Shown: piece by piece, positions 18,395-27,782 of the stretch | Position numbering within the stretch: the stretch's first letter is position 1 | Layout: each line of letters starts with the position of its first letter | Origin: Candidatus Woesearchaeota archaeon | Lineage (GTDB): Archaea > Nanobdellota > Nanobdellia > Woesearchaeales > DSVV01 | Direction of reading: 5' to 3' | DNA: 64,000 bases | Assembly: GCA_016192995.1 (NCBI GenBank) | Contig: JACPTB010000002.1 | Coordinates: 98,283-162,282, forward strand | Position numbers and translations under genes: made by a program | The notes under the pieces: generated by a model | Told to the model about the DNA's origin: nothing | Databases searched by the model: none | Seen by the model: the letters and a program-made list of their open reading frames with translations, nothing else

Positions 18395-19867
18395 ATGACA
18401 ACTAACACCGGCATTGTTCAAAACAGAGAAGTAAATCTAGGCATGATTGTATTTACACCCGGCAGTTCAGGCAACAGAGAGCAATTAGAATATTATGTTA
18501 ATAAGGGATATGACGGAGTACTTATTCAAACAGAAGGTTTTCTCCCTTTCAATACACGATTAGTTGATCCTGTTTATGCTTATTTTGATCAAAAAGGAAT
18601 TCTAAGATACAGGAGTAAACATTTAGAAACAGTAAAAACAGAAGATCAATTAGTTAAACCGGTTGAATACAAACTTGTTCCTCCAATTAAAAGAGCAGAT
18701 TTAGAATTAAAATACTATGAACAAAACGGAAATAGGTCACTTTTAAATGTTGAAGAATTGCAATTTGAATTATCCGGAACAGGAAAAGACAAATATCAAT
18801 TAAAGCCTAGTGAAAATATTACATTAGATGCATTAATACGAGCACAACAAAAAGGATTCCCTATTTTCCTCTTGCAAGAACCATGGAGTTCTTATGAATA
18901 CCAAGCAAGAATAAAACAACTTTCAGCCGAAGGAATAGTTGAGCTGCCTGCAAAAGCAGACAAATATTGGGGAGTGTTCAGAGGATTGCAAACTATCATT
19001 GCCAATGCAAAAGCAAAAACACAAACGCCTGAAGCAAGATATAACAGGATAAAAGCAGAAGCGCAAAGAGTATTTTCTGGAAATGATTATCATGATAAAC
19101 CTCCATTTGTAGAATTAATGATCAGACCTGAATTAAAAGAACTTGCTGATGCCTTGCCAAAAGATTGCGGATCAATCGTCGTAGACTGCGGACATATCGA
19201 TGCACCAAATTTCTTCCCGACATCCGCAGATCAATTAACCTTGGAAGAAGGAGCAATCTTAGTAAAATACCTTAAATTGCAAGGCCACAAAGACGTAAAA
19301 TTAAATATTTTGGTTAACGAAATGTATTTAGCAGAACAACTCGGCGCAAGCGAAGCAAGAAAAGCAATAAGGGGATTAAGAAAAGATGCTAAACGTACTG
19401 GAAGACACTTTTTGATAGACAGAGCATACATGCGATTGCTCGATGGTTATGGTATAACCAAAGACGAAATAGCAACGCAATTTGAAGGTATTTTAGCTTA
19501 TCAATGTCGACAGGATTTAGAAACTCATCAAAAAGGACAATCAAAATTTCAAACACCAATGGTTGAAGACGAAAACGGCGTTTGCAGCGTTGAAACATTT
19601 GATGATGGAATTCAATTTAAAAGAAAACTATATTCACCGGCAAACGCGCCCATGTGTTCAGGAATCTCTGCAAAACTAAACCAAGCTCTTACAGCAAACG
19701 GCGCAGGAACAATTATTTATCTGAGAGATATTAAACACGAGTGCGGCATTAGAAGCGGAGCAATGGCAGGAAGAAATGTGTATGGATTAGATACACCAAT
19801 GCAGGTAGTGTTTTATGCTGAAACAAAACTGAAAAGAGTAGAAGTATTTGATGCGCAGAGATTATAA
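18395..19867 (+). CDS. hypothetical 490-aa protein translationally coupled to Fic gene
   Basis: starts 2 nt after Fic stop; no recognisable motif; composition less K/I-rich than genome average. Confidence 0.4.
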   Translation: MTTNTGIVQNREVNLGMIVFTPGSSGNREQLEYYVNKGYDGVLIQTEGFLPFNTRLVDPVYAYFDQKGILRYRSKHLETVKTEDQLVKPVEYKLVPPIKRADLELKYYEQNGNRSLLNVEELQFELSGTGKDKYQLKPSENITLDALIRAQQKGFPIFLLQEPWSSYEYQARIKQLSAEGIVELPAKADKYWGVFRGLQTIIANAKAKTQTPEARYNRIKAEAQRVFSGNDYHDKPPFVELMIRPELKELADALPKDCGSIVVDCGHIDAPNFFPTSADQLTLEEGAILVKYLKLQGHKDVKLNILVNEMYLAEQLGASEARKAIRGLRKDAKRTGRHFLIDRAYMRLLDGYGITKDEIATQFEGILAYQCRQDLETHQKGQSKFQTPMVEDENGVCSVETFDDGIQFKRKLYSPANAPMCSGISAKLNQALTANGAGTIIYLRDIKHECGIRSGAMAGRNVYGLDTPMQVVFYAETKLKRVEVFDAQRL

Positions 19868-20188
19868 TTGAGTTTGAACAGAAATTTCTTGAGCTGAATG
19901 AAGCACCTTTTTCGAAAGAATAAAGTCTATTTCTAATAATTTTTTAACAAGAACATTATCTTTATTGAGCATGTACAATTCTGCACGACCAATTTTTCTT
20001 GTGTGCTTAACAATGCCTAACTTAACAAGTTCTGACCAAAAATCATGCAAAGTACTCCACGCTATTTCAGCTCCTTTTGCAATATCAGTCAAACTATAGT
20101 CAAATTCTTGATTATCAATAAGAAAATCAATAACTTTAGCAGTAGGTGAATCTCCAAAAATAAGCCTAAAAGATGTTTTTTCTTCCAT
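19862..20188 (-). CDS. winged-helix transcription regulator
   Basis: 108 aa; LTDIAKGAEIAWSTLHDFWSELVKLGIV wHTH pattern. Confidence 0.4.
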   Translation of the reverse strand: MEEKTSFRLIFGDSPTAKVIDFLIDNQEFDYSLTDIAKGAEIAWSTLHDFWSELVKLGIVKHTRKIGRAELYMLNKDNVLVKKLLEIDFILSKKVLHSAQEISVQTQL

Positions 20189-20289
20189 CGTATTATATTA
20201 TAATGGAAGCTTATATATAAAGTTTTTGTAGTTTTAAATTAATATAAAGATACAAAAGAATAAATAGAGAACATGATGTAAAAAGCAAT

Positions 20290-20532
20290 ATGGACTTAAA
20301 ATCAACAATTTTAAGAAAACTTTATCGTAGAAGAATAATAGGAGGTAAACATACTGCTTTTGAGCATGTTATGTCTGGAATTCCTAAACACTTAACTGGA
20401 CAAGCAAAACAAACAACAGAATTCTTAATTAAAGAAGGTTTAATACTTGCAAAACCAACAAATTACGGATTGCAAATAAGTTTGAATCCTGAAAAGATTG
20501 ATGAAATAGAAAAGATAATTGGAAATACTTAA
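20290..20532 (+). CDS. small hypothetical protein
   Basis: 80-aa ORF with upstream TTATATATAAAG box. Confidence 0.3.
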   Translation: MDLKSTILRKLYRRRIIGGKHTAFEHVMSGIPKHLTGQAKQTTEFLIKEGLILAKPTNYGLQISLNPEKIDEIEKIIGNT

Positions 20533-20683
20533 AATGAAAACTCTAAAAAAACATAAAACTACATTAAAAAAAAGATCTCATTTTCGCAAAGAGAACAGAA
20601 GAAGCCTGGAAAAGGTATGACAATGAAGAGTTGATTGAAACAGATTTTAAGAAATTTTTGAAAAAATTAAGAAATATGTAATA

Positions 20684-21421
20684 TCACAACGTATCCCACA
20701 TAAACTGATACAATTTCTTAAACCCTTCGCTGATATCCTTGCTTTTAATAACAAACACTGTCGGCTCTTCTTTTAGTTTTCCAAACTCTTCACCAGAATA
20801 AATAATAGTATAATCGCCAAAGAATTCCATCGTCATTTTGCTGCAATATTTCTTTGGCAGGAATTTATAGACATTCTTTTTGAATTGCAAGGGATCCTTA
20901 ATATTCTTTTTCATATCTTCATCAAATATATGGCTAAAGGTGATATTTGATTTCTGCCGTTCACGATCAAATTTCATTCTAAAATATTTCAGCCGAGGAT
21001 CAAACCACATGCCCTTTCCGCCAATGCAATAATAAGGCTTTTTCTCCTTCAAAATATCAAACATATAATTCTTATACGCTTCAACACCCCGATAGAAATA
21101 AGCCTCTTCTTGCTGCTTGTTCTGTTCAAACTTTTTGATAAAATGTGGAAGAAAATGCTGCACTTTCTCTTCTTTTTCTTTCAACAATTCCAGCAAACGA
21201 CGTGGATGAATCCCTTTGTAATACTTCTGCCCTTTGACAAATAACTCAGTTGCCAATCCTTTAGCGCAGAGTCTTTCCATAGCATCATACACATTGCTCC
21301 GATTAATTTTCGTTTTAATTGACAGTGTATTAACCGAAGCTTCACCTAAATCAATAAGCACTTCATAGATACGAGCCTCATTGAGACTCAATCCCAATTC
21401 CATCAATACATCTTCATGCAT
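20684..21421 (-). CDS. trmB: TrmB-family transcription regulator
   Basis: N-terminal LGLSLNEARIYEVLIDLGEASVNTLSIKTKINRSNVYDAMERLCAKGL HTH plus TrmB C-domain length; paralog of 42302 gene. Confidence 0.7.
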   Translation of the reverse strand: MHEDVLMELGLSLNEARIYEVLIDLGEASVNTLSIKTKINRSNVYDAMERLCAKGLATELFVKGQKYYKGIHPRRLLELLKEKEEKVQHFLPHFIKKFEQNKQQEEAYFYRGVEAYKNYMFDILKEKKPYYCIGGKGMWFDPRLKYFRMKFDRERQKSNITFSHIFDEDMKKNIKDPLQFKKNVYKFLPKKYCSKMTMEFFGDYTIIYSGEEFGKLKEEPTVFVIKSKDISEGFKKLYQFMWDTL

Positions 21422-21453
21422 ATACTGAGAATAGAAAGGTACTATTTAATAGT

Positions 21454-21473
21454 TTCGTTGTAATAGCAACGAA
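21454..21473. promoter_or_regulatory. 7-6-7 palindrome TTCGTTGTAATAGCAACGAA in divergent trmB / ATPase intergenic region
   Basis: near-identical palindrome TTCGTTGTAAACACAACGAA at 22848. Confidence 0.4.
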
Positions 21474-21502
21474 TCAAATTATCATAGGTTAAATCGCAAT
21501 AT

Positions 21503-21516
21503 TTATATATAAGTAT
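21503..21516 (+). promoter_or_regulatory. TATA box TTTATATATAAGTA, 16 nt upstream of ATG 21533
   Basis: identical box and spacing as at 3465. Confidence 0.4.
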
Positions 21517-21532
21517 AACCCTCATTATACTT

Positions 21533-22744
21533 ATGCTGATTATAGAAAGACCCCAAGAGCTTAAAAAGATAACACAAATAAAGAAATGGCTGTTAATTTA
21601 TGGGAGGAGAAAAACAGGGAAAACATATCTCATCTCTACATTTCTCAAGCCAGATGAATATTTTTTTATAAAAAGCAATAAAAATATTTTGACTAAAAAC
21701 AATGAATCCATTTCTTATGAAACATTTATTGAGATAGTAAAACGCAGCCTTGCAAATAACAAAATAGTTGCCGTTGATGAATTTCACCGGTTAGGTACTG
21801 ATTTTTTTGATTTTTTGCATTATACTGAAAAAAAAGGAAAATTAATTCTAATTTCATCTACGCTTTATCTTTCGAAAAAGCTTCTTTCTGAAAAGTCAGC
21901 ATTGCTTGGATTATTCGCAGAAGTAGTTATTGGCCTGATTAGTTTGCAGGACATATTAAAAGCATTGGGAAAATATAATCTTCCAAAAAAAGAGCTGTTT
22001 GAAATTGCAATACTTCTCCGCGAACCGATTGCAATAGATTATTTTGATGAGAGAAAAAAAGCGAGGGAAACAGCAGCAATAATCATCGAGAGTTCTTTAA
22101 GAACAATTCCTGCCTTAATGGGAGAGATTTTTATTGAAGAACAGCGGGAAATTTCAGCAGTTTATGAAGGCATTCTTAGGGGAATAGCAATAGGAAAGAT
22201 AAATTCAGGGGAATTATCAAGCTATTTATTTTCAAAAAGATTATTGATGAAAGATGATCCTAGTATAATACAGCAATATCTTAATAATTTGATGCAATTT
22301 GGGATTATAAAAAGAATAGAATTATTTACCAAGAAGAGATTCGTATATAAACTGACGTCACCGCTGGCAAGAATTTATTATTACAGTGATGAAAAATACA
22401 ATATTTCTGAGAGGAAAATGAATGAAAAGGAACTGCTCGCCATTATAGATGAATTGATGCCAAGAATAGTGGAAGATACCGTCAGGGAAGAGCTTGCTGA
22501 AAAAGAAGGGTTAAGGGAAACAATAGTGGAATCCGCAGATTTCGAAATTGATGGCTGTTTGCTAAAATTTAAAACACCGGAAATAGCATTGGAAGTTAAG
22601 TGGAAAGATAGTACTAAATTAAATATTAATGAGATTAATAATAAATTAAAAGAAATAGACGCAAAAAAAAGAGTGTTATTTGTTTCTGATAAGAAAACAG
22701 TGAAAAACAATGGATTAATAATCATGGATCCAGCAGATTTATAG
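21533..22744 (+). CDS. archaeal ATPase (Arch_ATPase, DUF234 family)
   Basis: Walker A GRRKTGKT, Walker B VAVDEF, C-terminal DUF234-like region. Confidence 0.65.
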   Translation: MLIIERPQELKKITQIKKWLLIYGRRKTGKTYLISTFLKPDEYFFIKSNKNILTKNNESISYETFIEIVKRSLANNKIVAVDEFHRLGTDFFDFLHYTEKKGKLILISSTLYLSKKLLSEKSALLGLFAEVVIGLISLQDILKALGKYNLPKKELFEIAILLREPIAIDYFDERKKARETAAIIIESSLRTIPALMGEIFIEEQREISAVYEGILRGIAIGKINSGELSSYLFSKRLLMKDDPSIIQQYLNNLMQFGIIKRIELFTKKRFVYKLTSPLARIYYYSDEKYNISERKMNEKELLAIIDELMPRIVEDTVREELAEKEGLRETIVESADFEIDGCLLKFKTPEIALEVKWKDSTKLNINEINNKLKEIDAKKRVLFVSDKKTVKNNGLIIMDPADL

Positions 22745-22847
22745 TAATGGTGAATTATTTTCTTACCTATGCTCACAATTATTAATCAGCAAATGCGCCC
22801 ATAAATAAATTAAATGACTTGTTCTTGGTGCTTAGTTTATCTCATAT

Positions 22848-22867
22848 TCGTTGTAAACACAACGAAC
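22848..22867. promoter_or_regulatory. 7-6-7 palindrome TTCGTTGTAAACACAACGAA upstream of asparaginase array
   Basis: second copy of the 21454 palindrome. Confidence 0.4.
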
Positions 22868-22930
22868 AATATTCTTATACCAATACACTTCCCTTATCCA
22901 CAGTAGTAAATAAGATTATGGGGGATACAG

Positions 22931-23476
22931 ATGACTAAAGAAACTATTGACCTATTAATTGTAACCACCGGCGGATCTATTGATGCATATATGAAATGGC
23001 CATCAGCAGAAAGACCTGGCTGGTGTATAGAGATTCTGAATAGAGAAACACAAATTCCAGAAATAGTCAAGCATTTAGGAATAGAAGGAAAAGTAGAGTA
23101 TGTTCCCATTTGCATGAAAAATTCTGACGACATAACTGATGCAGACAGAGATGCAATGTACAAAGCAATAGCAAAAAGTCCTCAAGAGTCTGTTGTTATA
23201 ACACATGGATTAAACACCCTAAAACAAACACAGATTTACTTAGAACGAAAACTTAGAGCTGATAATCCACTTACGTTGCCAAAAACAATTGTTCTTGTTG
23301 GCTCAAAAACACCTGATGTTGCTGGTCATCATGGAGAAGGAATAATTCAAGTAGGCTATGCAATTGCATCTTCTCTTACAGCTCGCCATGGTGTATATCG
23401 GGTTGACAATGGAAGATTACTTGATGTCCAAGGCAGAAAATACGATCATGATCAATTCAGAAATGCAACAGGCTAA
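22931..23476 (+). CDS. asparaginase-family protein, N-terminal domain only
   Basis: VTTGGSID (Thr nucleophile motif), VITHGLNTL, TIVLVGSKTPDV; lacks C-terminal domain. Confidence 0.5.
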   Translation: MTKETIDLLIVTTGGSIDAYMKWPSAERPGWCIEILNRETQIPEIVKHLGIEGKVEYVPICMKNSDDITDADRDAMYKAIAKSPQESVVITHGLNTLKQTQIYLERKLRADNPLTLPKTIVLVGSKTPDVAGHHGEGIIQVGYAIASSLTARHGVYRVDNGRLLDVQGRKYDHDQFRNATG

Positions 23477-23494
23477 AAAGGTTGGAGCATACAA

Positions 23495-23722
23495 ATGACC
23501 AACAATACGATCAAAATCCTCGTCACTGGCGGAACCTTCGACAAGGAATACAACGAATTAACAGGAGAGCTTCACTTTAAAGACACTCATATCGCTGAAG
23601 TCTTAAAGAAAGGAAGATCAGAAGTTGACATCATTATCAGAAACATTATGATGATTGATAGTTTGTATATGAAAGATAATGACAGAAAAAACAAAGCAAC
23701 GGGAAAATTTGAAGAGAGATAA
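23495..23722 (+). CDS. asparaginase-family fragment (75 aa)
   Basis: ILVTGGTFD N-terminal motif then divergent short tail; likely gene remnant. Confidence 0.35.
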   Translation: MTNNTIKILVTGGTFDKEYNELTGELHFKDTHIAEVLKKGRSEVDIIIRNIMMIDSLYMKDNDRKNKATGKFEER

Positions 23723-23734
23723 GAGGAAAGCAAC

Positions 23735-24892
23735 ATGTCAAAGAAACCAGATAAAGCTTATCTTATTGAATGTGATGAAATTTACCGAAGATTTATTGAA
23801 GAAGAAATTCCAGAGCCAAAAATTACTTTAGACTGGACAGGAAAACCAAAAAAGCCGCGAGTATTATTGTTATATACTGGCGGAACATTGGGAATGAAGA
23901 AAAAAGTAAATCAAAAAACTCAAAAAGAAGAATTAGTTCCTGATTTAAGCCTTGAACAATTATGCGCTGCAGCAGATTTTGTTGCAGGAATCAAAAATAG
24001 ATATAATCTTTTAGGATACCATGTTTCACATGTTGATAGCACAGAGATTAATGTAAAAGTATGGAAGACATTAGCAGGTTTAGTTCATAAGCATTATGAA
24101 GAGTTTGATGGTGTAGTAGTCTTGCATGGAACCGATACATTACAATATACCTCAGCAGCTACAGCATTTTCATTAAGAAATTTAGCCATACCTGTGGTGC
24201 ATACTGCTGCGCAAATGATTTTGCAAGCTGATGGTTCAGATGTTCTGATGAATTTAACAGGATCATTAGCTGTTGCAACATCGAAAATAGCTGAATCTTG
24301 CGCTCTTATAACGGGAGAAATATACAAAGGAACAAGACTTGAAAAAGTAGATGATTCCAGAATATTAACTTCATTTGGCTCTCCCATTTATGGAAGCATT
24401 GGCCATTTAGGCAGCCATGGTGTTGTGTTAGATCAACGAGCAGTAGTCAGAGGAACTTATATTCCAAGTGATTTAATTTATGCACCTGAATTTGAAACTA
24501 GTGTTCTTGAAGTGGTGATTACTCCAGGTTTAAGTCCAAGAGTTGTTGACGCTGCAATTGATGAATCAGAATGCAAAGCATTAGTCATGAGATCTTTTGG
24601 ACCAGGAAATATGCCACGATGGTTTATCCCGCTTATTAGAGCAAAAGCAAGTGAAGGATATCCAGTATATGTTTCATCGCAATGCGCAGGAAGCGGAATT
24701 TCTGCAGGTGGAAGCGACTATGCAGTAGGACAAGCTGTTTTAGAAGCAGGCGGAGTTCCGATTGGAGATATGTCTCCGACAGCTACAACGGTAAAGCTGA
24801 TGAAAGTAATGGGATACACAAAGGACAATGCAGCCATTAAAAGAGAAATGGTTGGAAATATATATGCGGATGAAATTACCCATTACAAATAA
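23735..24892 (+). CDS. L-asparaginase-family protein (type I / GatD-like), full length
   Basis: LLLYTGGTLGM, VVLHGTDTL, complete C-terminal domain; 385 aa with ~40-aa N-terminal extension. Confidence 0.65.
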   Translation: MSKKPDKAYLIECDEIYRRFIEEEIPEPKITLDWTGKPKKPRVLLLYTGGTLGMKKKVNQKTQKEELVPDLSLEQLCAAADFVAGIKNRYNLLGYHVSHVDSTEINVKVWKTLAGLVHKHYEEFDGVVVLHGTDTLQYTSAATAFSLRNLAIPVVHTAAQMILQADGSDVLMNLTGSLAVATSKIAESCALITGEIYKGTRLEKVDDSRILTSFGSPIYGSIGHLGSHGVVLDQRAVVRGTYIPSDLIYAPEFETSVLEVVITPGLSPRVVDAAIDESECKALVMRSFGPGNMPRWFIPLIRAKASEGYPVYVSSQCAGSGISAGGSDYAVGQAVLEAGGVPIGDMSPTATTVKLMKVMGYTKDNAAIKREMVGNIYADEITHYK

Positions 24893-24941
24893 AACGAAAA
24901 TATCAAGAAAATTTAAATAGTAATTAATCACAAGATTTTTC

Positions 24942-25969
24942 ATGAAGAAAATGGAAACTACAACAAAAAAACCAAAAATCTGCATTCTTTTCTGTGGCGG
25001 CACAATTGTGATGGCAAAAGATCCAAAAACAGGTTCTTTAGACATGTCAGGCGGCATAAATGAAATTCTCAACTTAGAGCCAAAATTAAAAGAAATTGTG
25101 GAGATGAATGTTGAATTCATCGACAACATAGATAGCACCAATACCAAAGAACACCATTGGGATACTATGGTGAAAAAGATTACAGAAAAATACAATGATT
25201 ATGATGGATTTGTTATCACCCACGGCACTAATACCATGGGTTACACTCAAGCGCTTTATCATTTGCTTTGCAAGGGATAGGAAAACCTGTTGTTTTGACA
25301 GGCGCGCAAATTCCAGCCAATCAATTAGAGAGTGATGCACGAAGAAACTTTGTCAACGCTGTAAAATTGGCAACGATGAACATTGCGCAAGTGATGGTTG
25401 TTTTCGGGAGCAAAGTTATTCTCGGCACCAGAGCAAAAAAAGTTTCAGAATCAGAACTGGAAGCATTCAAAACATTCAACGCTCCGGACTTAGGCGAAAT
25501 CAGATTAAGCATTGAACTAAAACAAGAACACAAAAAACGTCATAATCATCCATTTACACCAAAGCCTGGCTTCAACGCAAATATTATTGTCTTAACTTTA
25601 GAACCAGGCATAAGAACAGAAGATGTCATGAAAATAGTAGAATCAGATATCAAAGGTTTAGTAATCCGAGCATATGGCAGTGGTGATCTACCTTACTCGT
25701 TGCTGCCAGCATTAGAGCGCGCTCATAAAAAAAAGATTCCAATTGTTGTCACAACACAATGTCCTATTGGCGTGACGAGAATTGGATTAAATGACGTTGG
25801 ATTAAAAGCATTGCAAACTGGCATTACGCAGGCATTTGATATGTCAATGGAATCAATGACGACAAAATTAAAATGGCTTCTTGATAAAAATACACCGTAT
25901 GAACGGATTAAGGAAATAATGGAAACAAACTTGGCAGGAGAATTAGTTCCGCCGATAAAAGATAGTTAG
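24942..25969 (+). pseudogene. asparaginase-family gene split by a frameshift near 25247-25252
   Basis: ORF 24942-25280 has ILFCGGTIVM and VITHGTNTMGYTQAL; +2 frame continues SALSFALQGIGKPVVLTGAQIP (TTG-initiated ORF 25268-25969); one-nt indel restores a canonical asparaginase. Confidence 0.55.
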
Positions 25970-25978
25970 GAGCATAAA

Positions 25979-26845
25979 ATGGTTGATATTACGCAGTTTG
26001 GAAACCTGAATTATACGTTTATTGCTATTTTATCATCATTATTCGCAGCAATAGCTAACATTCTTGCAAGAACGCTATTGAAAGACATTTCAACAAAAGA
26101 TATTTTAGGTATTAATTTCTTAATTATGTCGGCAACCTTATTGCTATTTTCACCGTCATTCTATTATTTTAAAGTAACACCCTATTCATTATTTTTATTG
26201 CTGACAATTGCAGCTATTGACCTTATTGCAAACTATTTTTATTTTAAATCATTTGAAAATGCAGAAGCATCAATAGTGACACCGTTATTGTCAATAACAC
26301 CAATGTTTGCTTTTTTCTTTGGCTGGATGTTAATTGGCGATGCAGTAAGCATAAAACAATTATTATTAGGAACTGCAATCGTAGGTTTAATCATTTATTT
26401 TTCATTTGATTTTTCAAAGAAAACTAAATTAACAGGAGAAAGCAAAGGAATATTATATGCAATAATCGCATCACTATTGTTTGGATTATCCGCAATTCCG
26501 AGTAAAATATTGCTAAGCAAATTAGAAGCAATAAATCCATTGTCATTATACATGCTGCGAGGAGCAATTATTGGATTGCTTGCAATCATGATTTTCAAAG
26601 TAGATCTCAGTAAAATTACGCCATCACATTTCAGAATCATAGTTGTCAGGGGATTATTTGTCATTACACAATGGGCTTTATTGTATTTTGCTTTGTTCAA
26701 AGGAAAAGTTGGCGTAAGCATTACCTTAGCCAATATTACGCCCATTTTCGTATTCATCCTCAGCATAATATTCCTGAAAGAAAAACCAACCTGGAAAAAG
26801 GCATTGGCAGCAGCAATGGTATTGGTATTGTCGTTTATGTTATAG
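25979..26845 (+). CDS. EamA/DMT-superfamily transporter
   Basis: 288 aa, ~10 TM, two EamA-like halves. Confidence 0.6.
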   Translation: MVDITQFGNLNYTFIAILSSLFAAIANILARTLLKDISTKDILGINFLIMSATLLLFSPSFYYFKVTPYSLFLLLTIAAIDLIANYFYFKSFENAEASIVTPLLSITPMFAFFFGWMLIGDAVSIKQLLLGTAIVGLIIYFSFDFSKKTKLTGESKGILYAIIASLLFGLSAIPSKILLSKLEAINPLSLYMLRGAIIGLLAIMIFKVDLSKITPSHFRIIVVRGLFVITQWALLYFALFKGKVGVSITLANITPIFVFILSIIFLKEKPTWKKALAAAMVLVLSFML

Positions 26846-26875
26846 TAAAAATAAGAGATAGTTTCAACGCAAGGA

Positions 26876-27274
26876 TTAACAAATGTTTAAACCAGGAATT
26901 TGATTAAAATGCTTAATATTGTTTGTTTTCAAAGTACATTTATGCTCAAATGCAAGTGCACCAATAAATAGATCTTTAGTATCAATAACTGTTCCTTTCT
27001 TTTTAAGAAACGATGAGAAATCACTAACAATTTCAACTGATAAAGCTGAAAAGTTCAAGATAGTAATATTTTTTTCAAGAATTTTAATTTTTTCTAAGTT
27101 TTCTTGTTGTTTTGCAGATATTTTTGCTCCATGATAAAGCTCAAAAAGATTAACAATAGTGGTACAAAGATTATGATGCCTATTGGAGTCTATATAATCT
27201 ACTGCATAAAACTTATTTCTCAAAAAATCCACTAGCACATCAGTATCTAAGCAAATGTTTTCCATTTTTTCCAT
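26876..27274 (-). CDS. vapC: PIN-domain toxin VapC
   Basis: N-terminal CLDTDVLVDFLR classic PIN motif. Confidence 0.7.
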   Translation of the reverse strand: MEKMENICLDTDVLVDFLRNKFYAVDYIDSNRHHNLCTTIVNLFELYHGAKISAKQQENLEKIKILEKNITILNFSALSVEIVSDFSSFLKKKGTVIDTKDLFIGALAFEHKCTLKTNNIKHFNQIPGLNIC

Positions 27275-27501
27275 CCCTTTCTTAAACTATTTTTCATTTC
27301 CTTCACTTCCTTATCAGTCATTTTCCAACTTCCTGCTAAATTCATGATATTTTGAGAAGTTGGTCTTTCCTTCAATGTTTTGAGTGCTGAATCTATAGAT
27401 ACTGAATGACCTGTTTCTTTTTGTAATTTCCCTGCCATAGATACCAGCCAGGTATAATTTTCTTCACTTATTTTAATTGTCTTCATCCCCATAATTACCA
27501 C
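27247..27501 (-). CDS. vapB: VapB-type antitoxin
   Basis: TIKISEENYTWLVSMAGKL ... LAGSWKMTDKEVKEM typical archaeal VapB; overlaps vapC; 9-bp inverted repeat TTACCACCT/AGGTGGTAA spans its start. Confidence 0.55.
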   Translation of the reverse strand: MVIMGMKTIKISEENYTWLVSMAGKLQKETGHSVSIDSALKTLKERPTSQNIMNLAGSWKMTDKEVKEMKNSLRKGWKKWKTFA

Positions 27502-27782
27502 CTTAACTACTAGGTGGTAAAAGTAGTATTTATAATTTTCTAATAAGAACTAATGATACAAACACCTTAATTAAACCACCTACCAAAATTCCGCAAATTT
27601 TCCGATGAAAACATAAAGATATTCGAAAAATCAGAAAGATTTTCATTAGCAAAGTTCATTTTCGAAAATCCTTCAAAATAATCGAAAGACTTTCGTAGTA
27701 AAAATCAATAAATAAAACCTCATTGAGAAGCATTACGACGATAATATATTGCTTTGGCAAATAAACTCATGGCTCCAAACAA

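Noticed and set aside
20534-20620. 28-aa very basic ORF MKTLKKHKTTLKKRSHFRKENRRSLEKV resembling a small ribosomal protein
   Set aside because: No specific match to L34/L39e/L41e-type consensus that I can verify. Could be chance in AT-rich DNA.
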